From IMG/VR virus record IMGVR_UViG_3300018868_000006, positions 1 through 62,365 of that record: a stretch of DNA of 62,365 nucleotides; one strand, 5' to 3'. Below, piece after piece: positions 37,039-47,693 of this stretch. The position numbers were made by a program, and so were the translations under genes. Each line of letters opens with the position of its first letter. Position 1 is the stretch's first letter. The DNA is from a virus. Lineage: Duplodnaviria > Caudoviricetes. Below the pieces are notes generated by a model that saw only the letters and a program-made list of their open reading frames with translations, was not told the origin of the DNA and did not search any database.

Positions 37039-40000
37039 GTGGCTGACGAGACGCTCGTGCCATGGACGGACTACGAAAACGACCTAGGCTATAAAGATCT
37101 TCCAGTCCAAGAAAAGATAGGACTATTTAAAGAGTGGCGTGACGCCACAGTAGATAGGTCAATGGCTCTTGGCCTCGTGACGACTCAAGAAGACGAGAAC
37201 TATCTTAACGATTATCTTGAGAAAGCGTATGACGGAATCCTTGACACACAAAGCAAAACGGATGTTTTAAAAAACGCCGCGGCTCGCTCACTTTTAAACA
37301 CAGAACAAGCCGCCCTTGTGGCGTCTATGGCTTCTGGCTTCCTAGACCCGAAGAATGAAGCCTCAGTTAAACTGGCTGAGATCAACAAGCAACTAGAGAG
37401 CTATCCGTCCTCAAGCATGGTTCGAAAGATTGGGTCTGACAAAGTAGGTGTGTTGGAGGGGTTAACTAAAAGCCCAATAGCTCTTGCCGAACTTCTTATC
37501 GAAAACCTGCCAGCTCAATTTGCAACAGCAGCACTTGCTGATGCCGCTGGTACGGCGGTAGGTGCGGCGGTGGCAGGTCCGGGGGGAGCGGTTGTTGGGG
37601 GTACGGCGGGTATGGTTTCTTCCGCAGGTGGTCAGTCATTGATGCTTGAGTACTCTGGATCGTTGCTTGAACAACTCTCAGAAAGTGGTGTGGATGTTCA
37701 GGATCCAGCTCAAGTTAGAGACGCTTTCGAAAACAAAGAGCTAATGGGGAAAGTTAACGAGAAGGCTCTTAAGAAAGGTGTTCCTCCTGGCCTATTCGAC
37801 GCGGCTTCAGCACTACTAGCAAAGGCACTCGGTGGGAAGTTTGCGGCGTCTCTTAAAGTAACCAAAGGCTTTACACCTACTGTTAAGTTACTTGCAAAAG
37901 AAGCAATCAAAGATACGACGTTGCAAGCTGGTCTCGGGGTGGCTGGCGAAGCTGGTGGACAGCTATTGTCTGAAGGCAAAATCACAAGTGCTAACCAAGT
38001 TGCATTAGAAGGTATTCTCGAAGTCCCTGGGTCTGCTTACGGCTTTGCCCGTGGGTTTGGTACTGAAGGTTTGAAAGCTGTGGTGGACAAGTTGAGCCAA
38101 GACCCAATTGCTGATATGCGGGCAAGAGAACTTGCGGAAAAAATGCAGGCTGATGGGACTATCCCAGAAGTTGAGAACCTCGCAAGGTCTGGGGCTCCTC
38201 AGACAGCCGCAGCGGTAGCTCAAACAAGGGCGACATCTGCAAACCAAGATCTGGAGCAACTCGATCTGGATATGAACAAAGCGGAGGCCGCTAAAGTGTT
38301 TGGTAGCGAAGAGCCAGCAACACCCGAAGCAGAAGCCCCCACATTGTCGCCAGAAGTTGAATCGGTAGCACCAACGGCAGAGACACCGATGGACGCACAG
38401 AATAGTCTCGAGGCCGCAAAGGTATGGGGTCGGATCAGATCTCGGCAACCAGTTCGAGGGGAAGATATTGAAAGGTTCGGTTTTGTTTTGCCCCAGCAAT
38501 GGTTGCTTAATCCTAAAACAAACGAATATGAGTTTAAGGCCGAGAAGAATGAAACAGAAAAACCTGCGGAAATTTCAGTCCAAGAAACAGCAACCGCCGA
38601 AGCAAAAGCTCCAGAAGCAGAAATGCCTCAAGCCCAAGCCATCGCTCCTGTGCAGACAGCCCAGCCCGAGTCTACTCAAGAAAGTCCAGAAGCTGTCGCT
38701 CCTCCATTAAGTACTCAGGCGCCAAAAACCAAACAAGCCGAACTTCCCAAGTGGGAAGAAGTCCAAAAGAACAAGAACCAGATACGCTTTTTGCGATCTA
38801 CATTAAGCAAAGTAAACAAGGCCTTGCCTGAGGGTCAGAAGATCGAGGAGAAAGCTGGGTGGAAACGCGGCGATTACTTGAATGCTCTTGAGACGCAGTA
38901 CGGGAAGGTAGCTGGGCTAGAAAAGAATATCGATGCTGTGCCTGGGATGGCCGCGGAAGTAAATCCGCTTGAGGCTATGAACTCCGATGAGAAGCGGAGA
39001 GCTAAGAAGAAAGCAAACCTTCGGCAAAAGCTCTACTCCGTTCGGGACAGCAAGTTGAACGAAGGCCAGCAGTCGTGGAAGGAGATGGCTTTCTCAAACA
39101 TCCGTCGGATTGCGAAAGAAGTATCTGAGAGATACACAAACATACCGAACGTTGATGACTACATTTTCGATGACCTTCTTCGCAAGGTAGCCAACTACCT
39201 TCAAAAGAAGAATACCTTTACCGAAGAAGAGCTGACATCAGAAGCAGTTAGCCCAATTCTAGCGAGTTGGGCAGAAGATTCCGCTAAAGACGCAAGGGGA
39301 AGTGCCGACATCCAAGCACTCATGCGCAACTCCCCGATAATTGAGCAAACAGAGACCTCAGATAGGCCAGCTAGGACTCAAATGGAGCTGGATGAGGAGG
39401 AACAGGCGGCTGGCGAGACAAAGCAAGCCAGAGTAGAGAGCGGGGCTAATGAACCTAGGGCGTCTAGAATCCTCCGTGAGAACGGATATAACCCAGCCCG
39501 TGAGAAACTTGGCCCAGACCAGAAACTCATTCTTGATTGGCTGGTTCACAAACTAAGTGGTGGGCCAACGCCTTCAGGTATTGAGACAAAGAACCTTCAG
39601 TCGTATGAGGATTTGGCGAAGTTCCTAAGCGAGCTGAACAAGAAAAAGGTTTCCGCAAAAGCCGTATCCAAGATGGCTAAAGAGGCTCAAACGGCGCTTG
39701 CCGCGGAGCTAAATAACTCTGGAATAGGGGTCTCGACCGACCAGATCTCTACGGCTCTAACCCCAGAGGGTGAGAAGGCAAGGGCGAGAGCAAAGGAAAA
39801 AGCTGAAGCCAAAGAAAAAGTTAAGAAAGACAAGGCCGAGGCTCAAGAGTTGGCCGATCGAGGGAGGAACGTAACCCAGAATCAATACTTAGCCGAAAAA
39901 CTTATCGAATTCCCCTTCAGCTCTACACCAGAGCAAAGGAGCAGACTTGCTTCCGAGGTTCTTACCCCTCTTGAAGAGGGTAACTTGGAGGAGGCTTCGG

Positions 40001-43000
40001 TAGAACAAAGACTTGAGAACATTAAGAAAGGACAACCAAATGAACCAATCGTTAAACAGCCCGAGCCTAGCAAACCTGTTTCCAGACGACGCAAACGCAC
40101 AGGAGTTCGTGAACAACCTAGCGTTCAGCAACCATCTGGATCAGGCGATACACAATCACGGGGGACACCCGCATCTGTCGGATCTACTGCGAGCGAAAGC
40201 GAAACCAACCAGAATTCTGGAAGCCGTACACGACCTAGCCGAAGACAACCCGGAGTGGGCAAAGAACAGCCAGCAACTTCGGGAAATGTTCCCAGCCTCA
40301 AAGTCGACGCAGGCTTCGAAAACTTAGACATATCGAAAGCCGCGCGGGCAGCGTTAAACGATTTGTTTAACACCCTTAGGGCAATCCGATTCCCTGGGGA
40401 ACTAAAGGTCGGGCAAACAGATAACCCAGTCTACGTTCTTAAGAGTGATAGGCAGGGGCTTTCCATATACGTAAGCCCAGAGGCTTTGCTTGCCCAGAAA
40501 CGTCAGCTCATCCGCAAATTCGGCAAGGAGGAGGGAGCTAAGAGATGGGTGAACTGGCAACTGATGGCTGTTGCGACGCACGAGACAGTTCACAACGTCC
40601 ATCTTAAACAGCTTGAGAAAGAAGCGGGTCAGCTTGGCCTTACTTTCGACCAGCACCTTAAGAACGAGGCCAAGCGAGTAGCTCGTCTGCTCAACAAGAA
40701 TCGCAGGCTCAAGAAGCTAGTGGCTCGGCTTTACAACAACGATGAGGGCAAGTTTGCAAACGACGAACAGCAATACTTTGAATTCATTCGGATGATGGTC
40801 GAGAACGAAACTGTTGGGAGCGTCACTGAGGACAACACAATAACGACCGAAGAGCTTGCGGCCTTTATGGACGACATTGAGAGGAAATCTCTAAGCGACT
40901 TTATTGATTCAATCATTCAGGCGATCACCAACATCGCGGCTCGCCTAGTAGGTGTAAGGGACAACGATGCCCGGTACCTCATTAACACGACCCGCCTCCT
41001 TAGGCAGAAGTCCTTAAATATTTTACGCCCGCCGATGCAAGAGAAGGCAGGTAACGCCTACGTCGAGCCTAAGAAAACGGGGTCAAGGTTTGAGAAGCCT
41101 CCCGTGACTCCCGAGGTTGAGAACAGCGGGTTATTTACGGCTAGGAAAGAATTTCTCCAGGAGTACGCCAAAGAACTTGGGATCAAGGTACCGACGGCAA
41201 AGATTACTGGCGTAAGGTTCAACCCGAAGACAAGAAAGAGCGAAGAGTTTAAGACATACGTACCCACTTGGAACAAAGCTCAATACGTCGAAGCCATCCA
41301 AGCAAAACTCAAGGAGCTAGGGCAGAAAGCTAAAGCAGCTCGAAGTGAGGTTATCGGTGCGGCAATCCCGACCGATCGCCCTTACTGGATGAAGAACGAT
41401 GGAGAAGTTCTTGAAGTTCCAGAAGAGGCTTTGATTGATTTAAACGCTATCGGCACACACGCCGAGACAGCCATCGAATGGCTCAACGAAAACCAACCAG
41501 AAGATCCTTTCTTATTGGAGTGGAGGCTTGTCGATACCTACAGCAAGAAGGAACAGCAAGAGAAGCCAGTCGAGGAGATGTTGAAGCGTGGTTGGTTACG
41601 GGTTGTGGGTGACGGGTTCAATCTGTATTTCGAGGGTAGCCCAAGCAAAACTCAACTAGACAAACTTCTTGAAGCCGCGATTGAAGACGAAGTTAAGCTT
41701 ATTCAGGATCTTACTTCGATCAGCGGTAGACCTCGGAGCAAGGTTGTATACGAACCACCGCAGTCAGACGTTATCGGAGCTCCCGCTATGCCGAGAAGGG
41801 GATTCCTTTCGAACCAGCGCAACGGAAGCCAGAAGAAAAGCAGGCTTCCAGACAGCATTGAGGAGCTGGCCTTTGAGCGAGAAGTTCCTGGCGGATCCCA
41901 CCCAGTTGCGATTTACCAAGATGTCGACGGCAATCGGTTTATCGTCAAGGCCGACCAAAGCCGGGAGCAGTTTGAGAACGAGGTCGCAGCGGAGAATGTA
42001 TATCGCGTCCTCAACTACCCGGTTGCCGACTCCAAACTTATTGAGGTAGATGGCAAGCCAGCCAAAATTGCTGCCTACCTTGCCGATGGCCAGAGCTTGA
42101 GGGAGTTTCGCCAGACCCATCAGAACAAACCCGAGCTTATCAAAAAGATCTATGACCAGATTGCGGATGGTCTTCTGATCGATGCTTTCTTGTTTAACTA
42201 CGATTCAGTCGGTGTGACCAAACAGGACAACGTGCTCATCCAGATGACGGAAACTCCGAACGAAGATGGAGACGACACGGAAACAATTTACACAACGTAT
42301 CGTGTAGACAGCGGCGGCACGTTTGACACCAAAGCTTTCGAAGAAGAGCCAAGAAACGAGCCCTTCTACTACGACTCGATCAAGGTGTTTAAGCAGAACT
42401 ACCCATACCTTAACCTGACTACCGACGACTTGATCGCCCAGCTTTCCGACCTTGTCCTTAACGCAGACGCTATCATAAACGCAGTACCCCAGCGTCTCCA
42501 GCAGTATATGGGCAATCGGCTTCAGTATATGGCCGACCAGCTATCGGCTGTTGATATCATCACTCCAGTAACTGGGGTTACGGAGAAGCAGACGGAAGAG
42601 TTCTTTGAGAGACTACGTGGCCAAATGGCTGCGGTAGAGGTAACCCGAAATAACAAGGGTAACCTAATCAACAAGGCTACGGGTAAGGAAAGTATGGTTT
42701 CGGGTATGGGGTATAAGGTTGTTCCAAAGTCCGAGTTTAGATACCGCCTCGAAAGAACCCCGCTGTTTAAGGCTTGGTTTGGTGATTGGGAGAACGCCCC
42801 AGAAAGCCGAGCCACCAGCAAGATCCTAGATGAAGCTGGCGAACCAGCCTTGATGTACCACGGGACTGGCTCGTATCTCCAAAGGTATAGCGACCTTTAC
42901 AAAGACGAACTCACCAACGCCATAAAGACTCCATCTTACCTCAGAAGGTTAGCAATGAATCGGTTCAAGGGTATTTGGACATCCACGATGCGAGAGTGGG

Positions 43001-46000
43001 CAGAACGATGGGCGACTAAGAATAATCCAGAGGGTCACTTCGAAGGCCAAGTGGTCATCCCTATGTACGTCAAATCGACCAAGCCTTTTGACCCAAGATC
43101 GCCAGAGAATATCGATCGGCTCCTTGAGGTGGTTAAAGGCCAAGGTTACACACCAGACCCAGAAGTTGAATTTGCTTTCCGATCTGGCCTGCACGATTGG
43201 CAAATTTTCGAAGGGAAGTTGGATTATCGGAAAGAAGACGGATCGCTGACTGGTCCAAGAAATATGCCAGATGTCGATGAGTTGAGGAAACAAGGGGTAA
43301 GCGAGGAAACGATCAAAAAGATGTGGGGCAAGACCTACGGATACCCAAGCCTCAAAAACATTATTGATCTTGGGTACGATGGCGTGTGGTTGAAAGAGGG
43401 CAGAGATGCAGAGGCAAGCCTAGCAATTGATGCCGCTCGGAAGCTAATGGCCGACCCGACGGATGCCAAGCTGAAGGCCGACTACGAACAAGCTTTGGCT
43501 AAGTACAACGAAAACTCTGCCTGGAACTTCTTGGCCTTCCGCCGGGATGGTGTGAAAAACGCAATGAACTCGGGTCGATTCAGCTCAATCCCAGAGCCTG
43601 CGGAAATGAAGAAGAGCCAACTAGCTCAGAAGCTAGAAGCCCTGATCACCAAAGACGGAGCCACGGGCAGAAACGTTCTTCGCTACAAGGGGCAGACGAT
43701 GTATTCGACCGACTCAGCCGCAGCCTTGGCCAGTTACGCGGTCGCTTCTGACTCAGCTCTGAACCGCCACAACATTGCAAAGATTAAGTTTAAAGGTCAG
43801 CCTAATACTTTCATTTTCCAGAGGAGGACAGCTCCCTCTGCAACGTCTGATCGAGCCTACCCAGTCAATGATATCCTCGGTGCGGCTGAAGTTCGGCCAA
43901 GGAGGTTTGGGGTAAAGCTTGAGAAGTTTGTTTCGAAAGACGTGATGGGTCTGCTCAAGAAGAAGAACTACGAAACCCTCCCAGATTCAGTCACGATCGA
44001 AGAAGCAAAGACGTATTTTGACAAGCACGGGCTGGAGAAAAGTGCTTTGGCAAGTTTGATTGATGACGAAGGTGAGCCAATCCAGGCGGGGGCACAAGAA
44101 GCCTTAGGTATGCTGGTAATCAAAGGGTACAGAGAGGAAGCCAAGAAGAGGCCAGAGGCCGCGGCAGAAATGGCGGCATTCCTTGATCAGTTCTTGGAGA
44201 AGAGCACGAAGACCGCTCGTGCATTGCGGGCGTACCAGTTCATTTCGCTTCTTGGACCCGAAGGTATGGAGGCTCTTTACTACAAGAAGGCTCGTAAGCG
44301 CGACGCATTAATGAGGGAGAGCTTCAAAGAATTTATTAAGAAGGCTCAAGACAAACTCAACCCGCTTGCCCAAGACGCATTAGAGAAGGTCTTGAAGGAT
44401 TTGGAGCAGGTTATTAATAAGGCCACAAATCTCTCCAAGTCCAATAACAGGAAGATTGCCGCCAAGACAACTATGACGTTGTGGCAACAATTCTCCGACA
44501 GCGTCGCCAAGCGGATGACCGATAGTGTTACCGAGCGTCTTGCGGCGTTAGAGCCACAAGAAGGAGAAGGAGTCGTTGAGGGAGAGGGTGATGCTGTGAC
44601 GGTGGCGGGTAGCACCAACAAGCCTAAGACGATCAATCAGGAGGCGACCGCGGCTCTTCGCCGGATTAAGGGGATGATCGACAATCTTTCCAAGGAACAG
44701 GGGAAAGCAATTAAAGATGTTGAAGTCGAAGGCAACCCAGAAAACGAGAACGCATCCAATGAGCAGATTGAAGATCTCATTAAACTAAAACAGAAAGCAA
44801 AGACGATCTCTAGAATGTCCGACCTACTGGCTCTCTGGCCGAAAGCCTTACAAGCTTGGTCGCAAATTAAGGACTCGGTTCGAGAAGAAGTGGCCGCAAA
44901 TCCTAAGCTTGCCCCGATATTTAACGAGTATTTGAAGACCGCTTTAGACCAGCCGTTCACGCTTCCCCAAATCAAAACCCTTCTTAAGGCCTCGGATATC
45001 GACCTCAAGACTCTCATACGCGAACACTTCAGGAAGAATACGATGCAGAAACAGGCATCGGACTTAGCAAAACTCTTTATCGAACAAGCTAATTTGGGTG
45101 AGATATTCACCAAGACAACCGAGGCCGACCTGCTCCAAGCTCAAGGTGCTAATACCGAATCGACATCAGAAGTAGGTGTCACTCCGACCATTGCTGAGAA
45201 GCTTGAGACAGCGATTGCAAAGAGGATTGAGGAGCTAGTAAGAACAGAAGCAAACAAAGCACTTAACAATCTGATTAAGAGCCAAGCCGATAAGCGACTT
45301 GAGCCTAGCCTAAAAAGATTCCTAGACCGCCTTGTTAAAGCCACGTCGTTGGGGCTTATGGACAAAGATAATATAAATCTTTGGGCTCAATTTGCGGAAC
45401 AAGAAGGTCTTACCGATCCCAAACTTGCTGAAGAAGTATACAACCTTGCCGAGGAAGCAGAGACCAAGCCAGAGGGTTACCAAAGAAACGTTTATTACCA
45501 AAAAGCAATGCGAGCGATCTACGAAAAGACGGAAATGAACAAGTGGGATTTCACGCTTACCTGGTGGTACTCGTCTATCTTGTCGGGATACGACACGCAA
45601 CTAGCCAACTTATACGGCAATGCCTCGACGGCTTTCTGCGTCCTAATGCCAGAGCTTATCCACTCTTCGTTAACTGGAAACGCGGGGGCAGAGAAGAGAT
45701 CCGCACTTCTTCGTGGAATCCAAGTCGGATGGGCAGATTTTCTCAACATTATGGGGACGGGTACTTCTTGGACGAAACAAGTTCAACTGAGCATAAGTAG
45801 CCTGAAGGCAACCGATACTGGGGAAGTGTTAAGAGAGCGGGCAAAAGGATTGCCCCAAAAACTAGGGACTTACTCGACAACAGTATCGAGGTTTATGTCT
45901 GCTGTGGATTCCGTGTTCTACAATATGAACAAGGAGTATTACCTATACAAATACGCCTACAACAAGGCGCTGGAGCTTGGGTTAAGCCGCAAAGACGCTT

Positions 46001-47484
46001 CTGCCCAGGCTTTGGCTTCTGCTCTTCGGGATAGCAACTCGATGAAGAGCGCCCAGAGTGACGCATTAATGGAGGGTTTAAAGCCGGGAACAAAAGAATT
46101 TAAGCTGAGAACCTTTGAGATCCTTGATCAACAGCTTGGGCAAAACAAGACCGAGTCTGGCGAAAGTCGGAACGTGGACACGCAAGAGTTGCTTAACGAA
46201 TCTGTCTTGTCGGCTTTGACCAATACTTTCCAACAAGAACCAAAAGGCTTCTTGGGTAACGTAATCCACTCGTTGAATGTTTTGGCCGCCAAACAACCAG
46301 AAACAAGATTTGTAATTCCTTTCACAAGAATCGTTGGAAATGTTTGGAATATGTCTCTCGATATGGGCGTAGTCCCAGGCTTGATCAGATACTACGGACT
46401 CCCGACAGAGAAGCTCATTGGGCGTAGGCTTGGTAAATGGGATGATGTCAAAGGCGCTGAGCGTGAAATGATTAGGGGAAGGGCATTGGCTGGTTTGTTG
46501 TTCTTGACCTTAGCAGCTGGTCTTCAGGCTTTCGGGTACGATAAAGATTACGAAAAAGCTTGGTGGAGAATCAACGGATCTGGCCCAGATGACCCCGCGG
46601 CTAAGCTGGCGTTATCTAAGACTGGTTGGAAACCTTGGAGCATTAAGGTTGGAAACGCTTACATCAGCTACTTGCCTACTCCTTTGGCGATCCCGCTCGC
46701 TTTCTTGGGTGAAATTACAGACAACCACCATTACAAGAAAACAGGAGCAAAGGCTTTGTTTAACACGACATCAGCAGTAAGTATGAGAGCCATCCTTGTT
46801 CCCTTCGATATGTTGTTTCTTTCAGGTTTGTCCGACTTATTCAAGAGCACAGACAGCTCGCAACCAGAGCAGGCGAAGGCCAGAGCTCTAGCCTTTGCTG
46901 GGCGTCTTGGGAGTTCCTTGCTCATTCCAAATATTATTCGAGATATTGACCAGAAGATCATACCCAAGATTCTTAACGTGTTTGGAGTCGAGACGGATAT
47001 GGATAAGAGGACGGCAAGAAATGGGCTAATGAATGGCATCTTTATTGCGAATACCCCAGTCCTCCGGGAGCTTTATGGGAAACCTGATGTAGATATGCTC
47101 GGTAACAAAATTCCGATTACTTCCCGTATCGCAACAGCTAGGAAGCCAGATCCGCTTGTAGAAACATTGGCTTCGAAGAACGCTTTCCCTAACCCCCCGA
47201 GGAGAGAGCTTTTGTTAGGTATGATCCCTATGGAAGAGGATCAATACTACCAATACAAAGTGGATCGGGGAACAATGTTGAACCAAACATTGAATACGCC
47301 CGAGATGGTTCAGCAACTAAAGGAATCTTCTTCGTTTGTTGCTCAAGAGATTGTTAAGAAAGTTACCTCTTCGGCTACTGAATACGCCAAGAATATGGCG
47401 ATCAAACGAATGGTTGATTCAAACGACGAGAGAATACAAAAACTTCAGAGTTTGGGCGAGTGGATTCAAAACCAAGAAGAATAA
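37039..47484 (+). CDS. Giant polyvalent internal virion protein (3481 aa)
   Basis: Gly-zipper N-terminus; HETVH zincin motif; kinase-like GGS..IVK..NE..D..N..VDSGG; ART-PolyVal-like FKAWFGDW..MYHGT..GYDGV; C-terminal helical region with GWKPWSIKVG. Confidence 0.85.
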   Translation: MADETLVPWTDYENDLGYKDLPVQEKIGLFKEWRDATVDRSMALGLVTTQEDENYLNDYLEKAYDGILDTQSKTDVLKNAAARSLLNTEQAALVASMASGFLDPKNEASVKLAEINKQLESYPSSSMVRKIGSDKVGVLEGLTKSPIALAELLIENLPAQFATAALADAAGTAVGAAVAGPGGAVVGGTAGMVSSAGGQSLMLEYSGSLLEQLSESGVDVQDPAQVRDAFENKELMGKVNEKALKKGVPPGLFDAASALLAKALGGKFAASLKVTKGFTPTVKLLAKEAIKDTTLQAGLGVAGEAGGQLLSEGKITSANQVALEGILEVPGSAYGFARGFGTEGLKAVVDKLSQDPIADMRARELAEKMQADGTIPEVENLARSGAPQTAAAVAQTRATSANQDLEQLDLDMNKAEAAKVFGSEEPATPEAEAPTLSPEVESVAPTAETPMDAQNSLEAAKVWGRIRSRQPVRGEDIERFGFVLPQQWLLNPKTNEYEFKAEKNETEKPAEISVQETATAEAKAPEAEMPQAQAIAPVQTAQPESTQESPEAVAPPLSTQAPKTKQAELPKWEEVQKNKNQIRFLRSTLSKVNKALPEGQKIEEKAGWKRGDYLNALETQYGKVAGLEKNIDAVPGMAAEVNPLEAMNSDEKRRAKKKANLRQKLYSVRDSKLNEGQQSWKEMAFSNIRRIAKEVSERYTNIPNVDDYIFDDLLRKVANYLQKKNTFTEEELTSEAVSPILASWAEDSAKDARGSADIQALMRNSPIIEQTETSDRPARTQMELDEEEQAAGETKQARVESGANEPRASRILRENGYNPAREKLGPDQKLILDWLVHKLSGGPTPSGIETKNLQSYEDLAKFLSELNKKKVSAKAVSKMAKEAQTALAAELNNSGIGVSTDQISTALTPEGEKARARAKEKAEAKEKVKKDKAEAQELADRGRNVTQNQYLAEKLIEFPFSSTPEQRSRLASEVLTPLEEGNLEEASVEQRLENIKKGQPNEPIVKQPEPSKPVSRRRKRTGVREQPSVQQPSGSGDTQSRGTPASVGSTASESETNQNSGSRTRPSRRQPGVGKEQPATSGNVPSLKVDAGFENLDISKAARAALNDLFNTLRAIRFPGELKVGQTDNPVYVLKSDRQGLSIYVSPEALLAQKRQLIRKFGKEEGAKRWVNWQLMAVATHETVHNVHLKQLEKEAGQLGLTFDQHLKNEAKRVARLLNKNRRLKKLVARLYNNDEGKFANDEQQYFEFIRMMVENETVGSVTEDNTITTEELAAFMDDIERKSLSDFIDSIIQAITNIAARLVGVRDNDARYLINTTRLLRQKSLNILRPPMQEKAGNAYVEPKKTGSRFEKPPVTPEVENSGLFTARKEFLQEYAKELGIKVPTAKITGVRFNPKTRKSEEFKTYVPTWNKAQYVEAIQAKLKELGQKAKAARSEVIGAAIPTDRPYWMKNDGEVLEVPEEALIDLNAIGTHAETAIEWLNENQPEDPFLLEWRLVDTYSKKEQQEKPVEEMLKRGWLRVVGDGFNLYFEGSPSKTQLDKLLEAAIEDEVKLIQDLTSISGRPRSKVVYEPPQSDVIGAPAMPRRGFLSNQRNGSQKKSRLPDSIEELAFEREVPGGSHPVAIYQDVDGNRFIVKADQSREQFENEVAAENVYRVLNYPVADSKLIEVDGKPAKIAAYLADGQSLREFRQTHQNKPELIKKIYDQIADGLLIDAFLFNYDSVGVTKQDNVLIQMTETPNEDGDDTETIYTTYRVDSGGTFDTKAFEEEPRNEPFYYDSIKVFKQNYPYLNLTTDDLIAQLSDLVLNADAIINAVPQRLQQYMGNRLQYMADQLSAVDIITPVTGVTEKQTEEFFERLRGQMAAVEVTRNNKGNLINKATGKESMVSGMGYKVVPKSEFRYRLERTPLFKAWFGDWENAPESRATSKILDEAGEPALMYHGTGSYLQRYSDLYKDELTNAIKTPSYLRRLAMNRFKGIWTSTMREWAERWATKNNPEGHFEGQVVIPMYVKSTKPFDPRSPENIDRLLEVVKGQGYTPDPEVEFAFRSGLHDWQIFEGKLDYRKEDGSLTGPRNMPDVDELRKQGVSEETIKKMWGKTYGYPSLKNIIDLGYDGVWLKEGRDAEASLAIDAARKLMADPTDAKLKADYEQALAKYNENSAWNFLAFRRDGVKNAMNSGRFSSIPEPAEMKKSQLAQKLEALITKDGATGRNVLRYKGQTMYSTDSAAALASYAVASDSALNRHNIAKIKFKGQPNTFIFQRRTAPSATSDRAYPVNDILGAAEVRPRRFGVKLEKFVSKDVMGLLKKKNYETLPDSVTIEEAKTYFDKHGLEKSALASLIDDEGEPIQAGAQEALGMLVIKGYREEAKKRPEAAAEMAAFLDQFLEKSTKTARALRAYQFISLLGPEGMEALYYKKARKRDALMRESFKEFIKKAQDKLNPLAQDALEKVLKDLEQVINKATNLSKSNNRKIAAKTTMTLWQQFSDSVAKRMTDSVTERLAALEPQEGEGVVEGEGDAVTVAGSTNKPKTINQEATAALRRIKGMIDNLSKEQGKAIKDVEVEGNPENENASNEQIEDLIKLKQKAKTISRMSDLLALWPKALQAWSQIKDSVREEVAANPKLAPIFNEYLKTALDQPFTLPQIKTLLKASDIDLKTLIREHFRKNTMQKQASDLAKLFIEQANLGEIFTKTTEADLLQAQGANTESTSEVGVTPTIAEKLETAIAKRIEELVRTEANKALNNLIKSQADKRLEPSLKRFLDRLVKATSLGLMDKDNINLWAQFAEQEGLTDPKLAEEVYNLAEEAETKPEGYQRNVYYQKAMRAIYEKTEMNKWDFTLTWWYSSILSGYDTQLANLYGNASTAFCVLMPELIHSSLTGNAGAEKRSALLRGIQVGWADFLNIMGTGTSWTKQVQLSISSLKATDTGEVLRERAKGLPQKLGTYSTTVSRFMSAVDSVFYNMNKEYYLYKYAYNKALELGLSRKDASAQALASALRDSNSMKSAQSDALMEGLKPGTKEFKLRTFEILDQQLGQNKTESGESRNVDTQELLNESVLSALTNTFQQEPKGFLGNVIHSLNVLAAKQPETRFVIPFTRIVGNVWNMSLDMGVVPGLIRYYGLPTEKLIGRRLGKWDDVKGAEREMIRGRALAGLLFLTLAAGLQAFGYDKDYEKAWWRINGSGPDDPAAKLALSKTGWKPWSIKVGNAYISYLPTPLAIPLAFLGEITDNHHYKKTGAKALFNTTSAVSMRAILVPFDMLFLSGLSDLFKSTDSSQPEQAKARALAFAGRLGSSLLIPNIIRDIDQKIIPKILNVFGVETDMDKRTARNGLMNGIFIANTPVLRELYGKPDVDMLGNKIPITSRIATARKPDPLVETLASKNAFPNPPRRELLLGMIPMEEDQYYQYKVDRGTMLNQTLNTPEMVQQLKESSSFVAQEIVKKVTSSATEYAKNMAIKRMVDSNDERIQKLQSLGEWIQNQEE

Positions 47485-47640
47485 TCCTTTGGTGAGAAGC
47501 CAAGGCAAGAAACCAAGAAACAACCCAAACAAAAGAATGCAAGCCCCCGATACAAAATGAGCAAAGATACGAACTAATACATCATACGAATAATACAAAC
47601 ATCCGTAGACAATTCCGACCTCTTGACGATTTACCTTCAT
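47419..47640 (-). CDS. Small antisense membrane protein (73 aa)
   Basis: SD AAAGGAGG 7 nt before ATG; hydrophobic ACILLFGLFLGFLPWLL. Confidence 0.5.
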   Translation of the reverse strand: MKVNRQEVGIVYGCLYYSYDVLVRIFAHFVSGACILLFGLFLGFLPWLLTKGLFFLVLNPLAQTLKFLYSLVV

Positions 47641-47693
47641 ATAATATCCTCCTTTAATAACGAAACATAATAAGAAATCAATACACAAAACAT

